Positions 48,721-60,965 of a DNA stretch of 64,000 nucleotides are shown here, piece after piece. Below the pieces are notes generated by a model. It had not been told where the DNA came from. It did no database searches and saw only the letters and a program-made list of their open reading frames with translations. This stretch comes from Camelus dromedarius (lineage: Eukaryota), in the NCBI RefSeq assembly GCF_036321535.1, contig NC_087437.1, forward strand, positions 20,028,001 to 20,092,000, given 5' to 3'. The first letter of the stretch is position 1. The number at the start of each line of letters is the position of its first letter. The position numbers and the translations under genes are program-made.

Positions 48721-51569
48721 TCTGGGTGGATGGGAAGAGAAGTTTGTCCTAACAAACCACCCAGGGAATGAAAAGCCTTATCTAAAGTCGTATTTCCAAT
48801 TATGAAGATTATTCCAGTTACTTCTCTGCACATGCTTCCTTAATGTTCTCCAGTTCTCATTAGAGGCACCTAATTAGAGGTAATCCAATTAAGCCTGGTT
48901 CTGCTTTCTGCGGTTCACCCGGACCCACGGCGCTTTGCTTTCTCCCCTGCAGTCTGTGCCTGTCTTCCCCGAATGCTTGGAAGCAAGGTAGACATTTATT
49001 TTTAATTAGAAGGCCAAAAGTTTCATTAGGATGGGAATCTGAGATCCTCTGCTAGCTGTTTGCTCTGTGCTAGTTTTGCTAACAAGGAGATGGTTTCAGA
49101 TCGCTTGGTGGGCATTACTTTACAAATCGGGATCCCATTTACACAGAAATATACAGTTTCCTCCCTTCTGACGGGCGGTGTGTTCTAGGCACTGTGACCT
49201 TCCTCCTTCCAGCTGGCCTGGAGGGGAGCTGTCGCTCAGCCACTCTCTTCTCCGTGCTGGACCCCTGACCTGCTGTATCCCTGCTGCATGTGAGGAGTTT
49301 GACTTTCCTCCTCTTCATTTTCCTTTCAAGTCATTTTCCCCCAGGGAAATAGGCAAACTGTTTTGACAGCCCTGGTTATCACCTTCGGTCTACAACTCTT
49401 TCTTTAGGTTTGAACCGTAAGCTTGTTTGAAGCCATCGCTCTATATTGGAGGCATGCAAGACAATCCCAGGCTCTATTTTCAAATAATGAGAACTATGAA
49501 AGCTGAACACCTTCTGGGGCTCTCCTCCTCTCACGTTGTGAGCATTGTCAAGAGGCAGGATAAGCCAGTAAGTTGCAGTCCCCAGTGAATGAAATTGTAA
49601 TTAATTGGGGTCAAGGGAAAAATGGGGGAGGGGTTTTCAGAGGAACTCCATTTGGTTTGCTTTGGTCTTAGAGTCTGACAACAGGTCCATGGAAGAAAGA
49701 GAGCTGGGAATTTGCATTTGTTTTAAAAATTGAGAGCAAAATCTCTTAAGGGTTGACATTTGCAGCAGTTGGATTATTTGTTCTCTTCTCCCCAAAGGTC
49801 TCCACCCTAATCACAGGCAACTTCTATTTTATGTTATTGGTATTGTTATTGGTACATGTGTTAATTTTTTTTAACATAAAGAAAACATTTGAAAGAAGCA
49901 ATGCAAGTCCTCTGGGGGAAAGAGTGCAGGCAATTACATTGAGTGTATCTAATAATGGGGTAGGCGCTGGGGTTATAAAGATGGATGAATCAGTCACAGT
50001 TACCACTATCTGGAAACTTGTCCTCCAGCAGAAGAGGCAGAAAAACAAGAGCAACAAATCATTTTACGGCTTGTCACTGACTCCCTTTATATGTCAGACG
50101 GCATGCATTATGCATTTCTCTTTGCTTAATCTTCACAATAGCCCTGCAAATGAGGGACTGTTCATTCTTTTTACAGCTAAGGAAACCGAGGCTCAGGGTA
50201 GCATGGTAGGGGAGCGGTGTATGCTGGGATTTCTAACTCAGAAGTCCATGCTCCTTCCCCGTTCTCCAGTGCAGCCCCTGGGCCCTATGGGGAGGCCAGA
50301 TCCTCTCTGCCAGGGGAGGGACCTCACTAAAACTCCACAGAAGAGATGACAGTTCAGTGGAGCACAGTGTCATTTTGAATTATATGACAAATTACCGCTG
50401 AGAGAGGCTGAGAGCAGAGGCGAACTGAGAACGCCTGGAGGAGGCAGCAGCTGCGGTCAGTGCTTTAGAAGAAGCACAAATGGGTTATAAAGTTGTAGCA
50501 AAGGGGCAGGATGATTCCAGGAGTGAGATGACTCAGAGATTGACAGGGAGGCTTTTATAGTTTTCAAGTGCATTGGTACCAGCTACTCAGAGACTCCTAG
50601 ACGCACAACGTGAAGTGTGTCATTGGTTGAAAGTCTAGACATCATAACGGTTTGGGGACACAAAGTACAATGCCCCCATCTCCAAATCACAGGAGATTCA
50701 CTGCCGCTTTTCTCTGCCGCTGGCCCTCAGGCCTTTTGGAAGTTGACCTCTGCCAGTTTGGGAATATGGAGAGCAGCTCAAAATGGGAGCAGAAACAGGA
50801 CCCACCTTCTGAGGTCACCCCCTTGGTCCTTTGAGCCACCTCCATCCAGTCCTTGCATGGCCACAGGGCCAAGGGACTACAGTGTACGGTACAGCCTGGT
50901 TCAAGGAAAGGGAATGCTTTGGACCACTGGCAGTTTTGACAGCAATCAATGCCGTCGCCTGTAGGGCACACATCACCCGGTGACAGTTCCTGGTCATTTC
51001 CTGTGTATGGTCTCATGGAATACCTGCCACCGTGCCATGAGGTGCATTCTGCAGAAGAATTAAATAGCTATCCTCAAAGCCAAGCTTTTAGGAGAGGCTG
51101 GGCAAAAAAAGGAAACCTATGAGTTTAATTCAAAGCCCTGAACTTGTTCACCATTCAAGAAAAGCCAGCAGCTTCCTGGCTCAGAGGTTCCCTTAGCTGC
51201 TGCCTTGGCATTGCTCCTGGGGTGGCTGTTCACAGGCAAGACCCCTGGGGTGGGGCAGGGAGTAGGTTATCCCTTGGAACCATGTGCCCTTTGCAGGTGT
51301 TCTTTCTTATGCCGCCTCCCTGTGCTCGCCTCCTTAATCTGGAGAAGAGCTGCTTGTTGCGGAGACCTAACCCACGTGGCTGTTCTCTGAGCTCTCCCAG
51401 GACTGCCCGTGGCGGGGAGGGGATGCTCTCCTCTCTGCCTCCGAGCTACCCTGCAGGAGCCCAAGCTTCCATGTTCCAGTGTTGTAGGTGTTGTTTAATA
51501 AGCTAATTTAGAAAAACTAAACAAACAAAAAAACCCAGAGATTCTTGCCTAAAGATCTGGTTTTCTAAC

Positions 51570-51982
51570 CTTTTTTTTTTAAATCATATGAAGACCCTTT
51601 TTGAAGAAACTCCTTTTTTTCTATTTTTTTTTATTGAAGTAGAGTCAGTTTACATGTTGCATCAATTTCTAGTGTACAGTATAATGTTTCAGTCATACAT
51701 ATACATACATACATTCCTTAGTCATTATAGGTTGCTACAAGGTATTGAATATAGTTCCCTGTGCTATACAGTAGGTCCTTGCCATTTATCTATTTTATAT
51801 ATAGTATTATGTATCTGCAAATCTCGGGCTCCCAATTTATCCCTTTCCACCTCCTTTCTTCCCTAGTAACTGTAATTTTGTGTTCTCTGTCTGTTTCTGT
51901 TTTGTAAATGAGTTCATTTGTGTCTTTGTTTTATTTTCCACATGGAAGTGATATCATATGATATTTTTCTTTCTCTTTCTGG
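51570..51982 (-). mobile_element. 5'-truncated LINE-1 3' end with probable short 3' transduction
   Basis: L1 3'UTR at 51630-51982, with two T-tracts (51571-51580 and 51614-51632) separated by unique sequence. TSD-like CTGG(T/A)TTTCTAAC at 51557-51569 and 51983-51995. Confidence 0.85.
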
Positions 51983-53761
51983 CTGGATTTCTAACTGTTG
52001 AGTAAACCCAGCACGTCTAGGAACTGGGGCACATATCCCCGACAGGAAGCCATGATTTTGAGTTAGTAGTGGCCACCCACTTAGGCAGAGCTTTTGCTCT
52101 CCCGTCTGCCATAGTACCCCCCTCCCTATTTTTCTTACACTAGGCCCACGTCTTGCTTTCGTGCCAGACCTGGCCCCTAGGGACACTGGAGTAACTTCCT
52201 CTGACAATGTCTGTCTCCCCAAAGTAAACACACCTGTGCTCCTCAGGGCAGGGTCTCTGCTCACTCACGGCCACCCTCTTGCACAAGGCAAAATATCCTT
52301 CAGGGACCTGTCATTGAACTAAGTTTCTGTGCACCTCAGTCAGACGAGAGAGTTACCGCACTTTCCAGCCCAGGCCAAGGGAAGAGTAAGGTGGCCCGAA
52401 AGTTGCACGCTCCTCCTGCTGAGGGCAGGATGTGGCCGGGAAAAGGCACTGTTGACAAGGGAAGGCAGGGAGACCAGGGGGAAGGGGTCAGGCTTCACTA
52501 TCACCCTGATCCTGCCTCGGACCCCAGAACCACCACAGGCACCAGCCAGGTTCAGAAGCCGGGAAAGCCTTCCCTGAACTACGTGAGTGAAACCCTTGAA
52601 ACAGGCCCCTGCAAAAGTCCAGCTATGAATCACCCCTGTGATTTCCCAGCCGATCATGAATCCGGTAACTGGGAAAGGTGCCTGCCAAGAGGATGTGCCT
52701 GGGAGAAGTCACGTCAGGCCTGATGGGTGACTCCAGAACAATCAGCCGGGCTCCTCTGATTTAAAGCCCCACAGACCAATCTGCGTTAATTGGATTTGAT
52801 TGTATTTGCCATTTTAATTAGTAGGCAATGAAAACGTTTATTTGTTCACGTGGCTACGGTTAGCCGTCACTGCTTTTTTGCCTTTTGAGTGTGCCAAATG
52901 TCAGACCATCCATAGTTCCCTTGCTTTAGTCCTCGTTAAGTTATCAAACTTGTCCTTTAGCTGTCAAACTGGTGTTCAGTTAGTAAAGGGCAATTAAAAG
53001 TTTCCAGCATCCTGGGGAGGATCCAGAGAGGGGGTTTCTGAATGGGGGGGGGCTCCTCCTCGCAACTTGCCTTCCGGGGGACCCAGCTGCTGCATCCATC
53101 TGAGCTGAAGTCTCAAGTCAGAGCTGCTGTCTTTCAGCAAAGTCAAAACCCAAGTCAGTTTTCAGAGGCTGCACCATGGCCTCAGCATGGTACAGGGTCT
53201 GGGGTGGAGGGCAGACAGGATCCAAAGTGGAGAGTGTCTAATCACTGTCTCCAGGATGCTTTCTATCTCATAAAGGCAATGGGCTAGGGAGGAGGGGGGC
53301 TTGGCAGAGGGAGAAAGAGACAGGATAGGCTTGCAAAGGGGCGTGCAGGCTACCCCAGCTCTAGAGGATTTGGACATCTTTTGACTCACTTACCCCATTC
53401 CTGAACACTTGCTGAGTTCCAGCTGTGTGTCAGGCTCTGTGCTGAGGTGCCAAGGGTGTGGTGATACATGAAACCCAGCCATGAGCCTCACAGCCCTGTC
53501 TGGGGACAGACAAATTAACATACGATTACAAGTCAATATGAGCAGTGCTGTTGAGGAGAGAAGCCCTTTCCAAGAGCAGCAGTGGGGAATGGGTTCTCAC
53601 CCGGCCTGATTCATGACCCCAAATCTTAGGTCCTGAAGGGGAACCAAGGCCATGCCAGCTGCAGTAGTGACAGCTGTTTGAGGTTGGGTGAGCCTCAGAC
53701 TTACAGAGCTGTGATCAAGTTCAACAGCCTGTGTCAGGCCCCAGGTATGATGCAAGTAGCA

Positions 53762-54050
53762 TTTTTTTTTTTAATTGAAGTATAGTCAGTTACAGTGTGT
53801 CAATTTCTGGTGTACAGCATATTTCAGTCATACATATATGTACTATATGTCCTTTTTCATCATAGGTTACTACAAGATACTGAAGATAGATAGTTCCCTG
53901 TGCTACATGCAAGAGATTTGTTTTTTATCTATCTTATATATAATAGTTAGTATCTGCAAATCTTGAACTGCCAATTTATCCCTTATCCCTTCCCACTCCC
54001 TTTCCCCTCGGTAACCTTAAGTTTGTTTACTATGTCTGTGTGTCTGTTTC
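53762..54050 (-). mobile_element. 5'-truncated LINE-1 3' end
   Basis: T-tract then aattgaagtatagtcagttacagtgtgtcaatttctggtgtacagc...ggtaaccttaagtttgtttactatgtctgtg. Confidence 0.9.
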
Positions 54051-54949
54051 AATGATGCCTATGCTCTTGGAGTGACTTAATGTCTTTCCCAGGGACCCTC
54101 TCCTTCAACCCACACTGTCTTCTTTTTTCAACATCTCCTGGTGTCTGTGCCTCCCATTTTACCTCTCCATCGCTCATCATTTTCATCATTGGTTAGTTCT
54201 GCTAAAGTGTCAGCTCCCTAACGCTGGGGACTATGTCTCAGGTCTCCCAGAGCTGCATGGGCCACAAGCAGGGGCTCAGTGAATGCCGGTTGGGGAACTG
54301 ATTGACAGAGGGGCTCACGCATTTCCCAGGGGTGGCAAGGATGTATGATCCAAAGCTGTCACTGCCTGGGAGGGGAATGATGTTCCCATCTGTCACTGCA
54401 TTTGGGAAGTTAATATTTCATTTCACATAGTGGAGGCATCGCTAAATTGTTATACCACTCAACTTTTGAAGAGACACCTCATACTAATCTCATCAAACTA
54501 CTCCAAGTTTTGAACTCACTGTGAATGCAAATAAAGACCGCCACAGAATAATGCAGAGGAGGCTGCCAGCATGCCGAGGGGAAAATTGTCTCCCTTTAGA
54601 GATAACTCGAGGAAACCAAGAAAATAAGTTCTTCCTGTTAGTCACAGTCATGATAAAGTGAATTATCAGAGGTGTTTCCACGTGAGAGTTTGGGTGATTT
54701 CCCCCATTAGTAGCTCCTCTGTGAACAATGCTTCTTTGTAATGAAGCCGAGTCTTTACGAAATAAACAAACAAAACAATCTCCATGGATTATCCCAAAGA
54801 AGTGTTGAGTGGACCAGATGGCTCAATTATCAACAGGATGGTTGCTCTTTGCATCATCCTTGGCAAGAGCAGGTGGTAAAGTTTAAGGAGTCTTCTGGGA
54901 GGGTGCGTCTAATAAGTCACCTCAGTGAAGGGATGCCGCAGCTTCATGG

Positions 54950-55188
54950 TTTTCTTTTTTTTTCTTTTCTTTCCTTTTTTTTTTAATCTTTTTTTTTTTT
55001 AATTGAAGTATAGTCAGTTTACAATGTTGTGTCAATTTCTGGTGTACAGCACAATGCTTCAGTCATACATATACATACATATATTCGTTTTCATATTCTT
55101 TTTCACCATAAGCTACTACAAGATATCGAATACTGTGCTATACAATATGAACTTGTTTATCTGTCTTATATATACCAGTCAGTATCTG
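54950..55188 (-). mobile_element. 5'-truncated LINE-1 3' end with long T-rich tail
   Basis: A ~50-bp T-rich tract, then aattgaagtatagtcagtttacaatgttgtgtcaatttctggtgtacagc...ataagctactacaagatatcg. Confidence 0.9.
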
Positions 55189-57069
55189 ATGCAACTGGAA
55201 CTGAGGGTTGAGGCTTCACAGGCCAGAGACATCTGCTGGAAGCCTCCCAGCCAGCCTGCCCCAGTCCACGTGGAGGAGCCCACAGCCCTGTGGCCTCAGG
55301 CTCCTAATTCCAGTATCAGACCTGCCAGTGACCTGCTATGTCAGGAGTCACGACTGCTTCAGGGTTTGTCTTTTCCTCACATGCGAAATAGGAAATCTCT
55401 CTGCCTTGATTTTCTCTCGGGGACTCCAAGGCTCCAGTGAGACAGCGTATGTGATGCCTTGGAAACTAACTCGTCCCCCGGGTACTCTGAGGGCTTGTTA
55501 AGGATACCCGACTCAATGTTCAGTTGTTAGAAAAATGAGAAATGCTGAAATTTTTATTAAAGATGCAGCTGTGTCCTCCCTCACACTTAGTGCCAGGCTT
55601 GTTAGCTCCCTAGGAAGCCTGGCAGTTTTGTTCCTCTTGTGATCAGGGCTTCTGGAGACGGCACCCGCGCGGTGACAGAACAATCCATGCCAGACACAAC
55701 ACTGAGGGACTCGCGCCCACTCTGTCCGCTTCTGCAGGGGCATGGCAGCCAGGGCCACTGGGATGATGTGGGTGGCAGGGAGGATCCCAGGGAGTTTCAT
55801 TAATAAAAGTAATACTGATAAATAATATGAAACATATATTAACTGCTTGCCACATGCGAGTCAGGACCACTTGGTGCTTCTATGCAGGCTGTGCACGCCG
55901 GTAACACCCTCCAGAGCTGGGCAGCTCATTACATCGTGACCGTGGGCAGTGCATATTAGCTACAGGGGGCAGGGGCTGTTACAACTCCTGTATTACATGA
56001 GGACAGCGAGCCACAGGGAAATGAAGTGACCTCTCCAAGGTCACTCACTTTGTGAGTGATAGAGCCTTGTGGACTGGCTCCCGAGGCCAGGCCCTTAACA
56101 CATGTGCTGTGTCATCTCTCAGGAAGTCTCCTGGGAATGGTGCTTCTCAGGCAAATCCCAGGTGCCTTGGACAGAAGCAGACATGTGGGCCAGTGACCTG
56201 CCAAGGCCATTTGACAGAAGGGGCAAGGAGAGGGCTTCGAGGCTAAGTGGCGAGATGACACCCAAACGTGTTGGGGGAGAGCGGAGGGTGGGGTCAGTTT
56301 CAGCAGAGGCAGAGGAGGTGGATCAGAAATCCATGTTTTCCAAAAAGGATGGTGTCAGGGTGCTGGGTTTCTGCAGAAACCGACGAATGGTACCCAGCAG
56401 GGCAGAGCAGTTACTGAACAGCCCCTCCGGGATGCCCATTCCTAGGAGATTATCAAGGGCCCCCTCAGGCCTCGGGCTGTGACCTACATATTAAGGATTA
56501 ATTGTGACAACGTTGCTACTGCTGAAAGCTGAACATGTTCTTCACACTGGCATGAATGTCTCCACATGCTGGAGTTGCAGGGAATTACTGTTGATGCAAA
56601 AGAGAATCCATGGACCAAGGCCCCCCTCGGAGCCACCATTCCCTACTTGGGGTAGCTGAGGTATGTCATTTAACAAACACATACTGAGTGCCTGCTCTGT
56701 ACCTAGCTGAGGAGGAAATGGGAAAAAGAATAAAGTGGAAGATGTGAACTTTAAAAAAGTTTTTAAAAGCAACTCTCCCTGCAAAACAGTTTATGCTCTG
56801 ATTTCTTGGCAGGCAGGAGGGATGGGGGAACAAGATTGACTTAACATACTTTTCTTCCTTTCAATAAAGGTGCACTGTAAAATTTTCACATTTTATTCTA
56901 AGAGCCCATATGTAACAGTCATTAAGAGTCTGGACTTTGGAGTCAAATTATTTTTGGATTTCACACTGTTTACTAGCTATGTGACCTTAGGAAAGTTAAC
57001 AGCCTCAGCTTCTTTATCAGCAAAATGAGAATAATAATAGTCCTCGATCAATGAGGGCTTTTCCAAGTG

Positions 57070-57550
57070 CAGGAGTAATTCTACCTCACCTTGAGTCAGG
57101 AATTAAGGAAATGTCTTGTTTCACACTATAGGAAGCCTGGAGGTGGAGGGGACAGAACCAGCAGCTCAGTGGTGGTATCAGGGACCCTGTCTCCTGTCCC
57201 TCGGCTCTGCTGTCCTCAGCATGGGTATCATGCTATGGGTGGTTCCCTGATACCACAAGGTGGCTGCCAGTGGCAACTAGGGCTGTTCTCACCCCATAGG
57301 AGAGCAAGAGAGAGAGAGTCAGTTCCCCAACCATGCCCCATGTGTCCTTAGGTTGTCTGTCTTGGTCATGGTCATGAGTCCCCTCCCAGGCGAGGGACAA
57401 TGGCCAGAGAAATGCCATGCACTGATTTGCTGCTTAAGTAACCAGGCTGCCCCTGTGGGCAACCTGGCTACACATCAAATCAGGATCTAATTAGGAAGGA
57501 GGGTGAGGAGAAGGAAGCTGGGAAGGCAGTCCACAAGTGTATCCACCACA
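57070..57550 (-). mobile_element. MaLR LTR (MLT1-like), inserted in MIR-like sequence
   Basis: atcagggaccctgtctcctgtccctcggctctgctgtcctcagcatgg...ccacaaggtggctgccag...ggtcatggtcatgagtccctccc. Confidence 0.6.
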
Positions 57551-60029
57551 GGACCACGATTGAGGTTTGTCACGAAGACTAAAGAGCTGACACATGGGAA
57601 GTTCTGAGCTTGCACCTTAGCGTGATTGTAGATCACTTTAGTAATAAGCAAAGGCACAAACCCTTCTAGGAATTTCTATCTGTTTCAAATACTAATCGCT
57701 TTGCTCTTTTGAAACATGCCCTGGGCACAGCGCTACGCTGATGCTTTGGAGAAGTGGCAACTCAGCCACTTCCCCTCTGAGAAAAGGCCACTCTCACTGC
57801 AAACACTTGGCTGCTACTTTATGGCTTTTATACTTTATTGCAAGTGCATTCCCAACCGTCTCTGAACGCTAAACAAACGTCCTTGTCCCGCCATGAAATG
57901 CACTCTCATCTGAAGTGTCATCTCAGAGCGTGATGTACGTCCCAGGTCTGACCACAGGCAACCATGCATCACATCTTTCCTCAGCCCAGCTGCTCTGACA
58001 GTTCTTATTATTGGGTTCCCTGTAGGAGCCCCGCACGGTGCAAGCTAGCCAAGTGATCCTGAGGACAGGCAGAAGAACAGGGTTGCCAGGACAACCTCCG
58101 ACCTGGAGAGCATCACAGATCTGGTACTGGGGGGAACCTTGTCAGAATTCACCCTCGTTTGTAGTTTCCAGGTAGAGAATGGGGAAACCAGCTAAGAGGA
58201 AACACAGGAAACAGAGTCCCAGTCATGGGTCCAAGAATGAAATTAACAGCTCTATCACCTTCTCTCAAAGGAAAGAAAGAGAGTGTGATGGGCTTGCTGG
58301 AAAATGATGGGGTGATGAATTGATTTGGTGATTTCAGATGCAGGTGTTCTATGTTCCAGGGCACACTGTCTGCATTAAGTGGACACCTCAGGCCTGGCCA
58401 CATGAAGTCAGGCTGGCAGTGTCCCTGAGAGCTGGGTAGACCCTACCTCCACGTGGGTAATACCCTTAGTCAGGGGTAAGTTCCCAGAACGAACAAGGAC
58501 TTTATGATGAGGAGAAAGGGACAAAAATTTAGTGCTGGGGAGAGGTGAGGCTACCCTGGACTGTGCCTTACATTGTTGCCTCCATCAGGCTGAGAGAGCC
58601 TGGCTCCAACTCTCCAGCCTGAACACTGACATGTGAACCCAGACTGAGTCATGCTCCTGTGCGTCCTTCAGGAGTGATGGAGTAAAGAATATGTTGAGCA
58701 CCTGTCCCCGTGGCAAGCTCCATGCTGGGGGCTGGCAACACAGACACAAGCAAAGTACAGTTTCCGCTTAAAGGACTTCAGAGTCTTGTGGGAGAGATGG
58801 ATGAGAAGACAGCCAATTGGGATGCAGAGTGGCAGATGCCAAGTGGGGATCATCTCCAGGGATTGCAGGAGAGTGGAGGAGGAGCCCCAAGCCAGCCTGA
58901 GGGTGGAGAAAGGGAAATTTTCTAGAGCAGTGAAATGAGTCTTTGAGGGTGAACCCTCTTATTACTTCTTGTTGAACCTTAAAAGCAAACTAACAAAAAG
59001 ATTTTCCCAAATGCATGTTTTGAAAGACACAGAGCGTGTAAGAGAGCAGGCAAAGTGTATCTCAAATTCATTCATCCACCAAAATGCTGTCACTCTTGGA
59101 ATCTCTGTGTCCCGGTCGGAAAACCTCTAAGGGATGTCTGGGTTACAAAGTTCTGATGGAATCAGTGAATCAAAAACTAAATCCCCTATTTGCAAATCAG
59201 CACCCCTGTCAGGCCAAGTCTTATTTCCCTGAGCCCGAAGTTTCTGTCCCCTAGAAAACCATGCACACTCTCTGAATTCAAATCTAAGGAAGAAATGAAA
59301 AGCACACCTCATGCTGGGTTGATTTTCTTCTAGTGATCTGATCCATGCCCCTTTTTTGGGTGGGAAGTTATTACAGCCATAAATATTTGTAATTCTCTCT
59401 CTGATGTATTATATTTGTTAATAGCGCCACAGGGTAGATACTGTGCTTGAAAAAAAATGGTGGGTACTAAAGAGAGAAAACCAGGAAGGGGGATGGGATT
59501 CTTCCCTTGAGCAGTCTTCCCCAGCAGTGGGCTCTAGTGGAGGGGGGTCTGGACCACTCACTGGTCAGGGAACTTAGCTGCCTGTGCAGCCCCTGAAACC
59601 GGCTAGCATTGTGCCTTGGGACAGGAGCGCTTAAACCTAAGTAGACCTGTCTCCTCTTCCACAGGATATCTGGGGGAGGATAAAATAAATAAATAGATGC
59701 AAAAATATTTTATGAAGCAGTGAATTCCACACATGCACATTTCAACAAAGGGCACAGAAGCTCAGGAAAACCTGCCTGCTTCCTCTTCACCCTCGTGAAC
59801 AACCTGCTTGATGGTCCTCACTTCTCTGAGCTCTCCATCAACAAGGCTCCAGACTCACACGAATATGGATTCAAATCCCAGCTCTGTGATTTGGGGCAAG
59901 TTGCATAGCTTCTCTGATATTCAGTCTCTTTATCTGTTCAGTGAAGAGAATTATTGTTCAATTAAAGGTGAAGTTTGCAAAATAAGTTCAGAAATGGTCG
60001 CCATCGTTATGACAGGTGTTGATTTTATT

Positions 60030-60420
60030 TTATCAGTAAGGATGCTTTCAGCTGCACTTAATAAGAAGTTCAACTCAATTAGAAAAAATCTAGGAGGAGG
60101 CAAATATATTTTTCATGTAATAAGAAGTTCCGGGGTCAGGACAGCACCAAGTTGAATTGGGTATCAACTCAATGATATCACCAAACATCCAAGGTCCAGT
60201 GTTGGCTTCCAACCTAAGAGTGGTCCTTTGCTTTTCTTCAAAGGTGGCTGCAGCATTTTCCAGCATCACATCCCCACTCAACAATGTTCACAGGCCATAC
60301 CCATAAGGGTATGTCCTCCTCATATCTAAAGACTAGGAAACCTACCAACAAGGAAAATATGTCGATCTCTGAGGAGCAGCCAGATAAAGCCTTGGCCATC
60401 CATCTTCAAATAAGCCTCAA
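60030..60420 (-). mobile_element. MaLR LTR (MLT1-like) fragment
   Basis: tcagtaaggatgctttcagctgca...caactcaatgatatcaccaa...aaggtggctgcagcattttccagcatcacatcc. Confidence 0.6.
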
Positions 60421-60539
60421 AGCTAGGGACATGATTTCACACTGTCAAATCTCTCCCATACCATGTGGAAAAGAACTGTGCACACATTAGGCTTCCACTA
60501 AAGTGTTGGTACTCATCAAAAACAGTTAATGGAGCTCTC

Positions 60540-60965
60540 AGTTATTCAAAAAACTTCATGCTTACAATATTTATCCTTTGCGTAGAAAGCTGTCAACTGT
60601 GGTATAATTTCTAATAGAAAGAAAAGGAAACAAGGTAATTATTTAACAATAGAGGAGTGGTTTAATAATAAATAATGCACCCCTCTAATTCTGAAGTATT
60701 AATGATGTTAGATGACATATAAAAATTCTATGTAATGTATAGTAGAATAAAAATGTATACATAACACATTGTTCTCACTAATGAATGTAAACATATATAT
60801 AAAATAAAAATATGTATAGGAAAAAATCCTCTGGAAGGAATCAGACCAAAATGTTGACAGTGATTTTTCTAGAATGTGGAAGCCTGATTGATTAATTTTC
60901 TTTTTTTTTCCCCTACAATGTTCAAAATTTCTATAATTCACCTGTTTATTCTTTAAACAGAGAAA
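60540..60965 (+). mobile_element. Old L1ME-type 3' fragment
   Basis: aacaatagaggagtggtttaataataaataatg and ctctggaaggaatcagaccaaaatgttgacagtgatt. Confidence 0.55.

Noticed and set aside
49753..50349. 198-aa ORF with a hydrophobic N-terminus
   Set aside because: Non-ATG start, runs through a MIR fragment (~50085-50250), and its hydrophobicity comes from T-rich DNA.
53740..54070. Possible TSD (ATGATGC) around the L1 stub at 53762-54050
   Set aside because: Only 7 bp match and the left copy is not adjacent to the T-tract; too weak to call.
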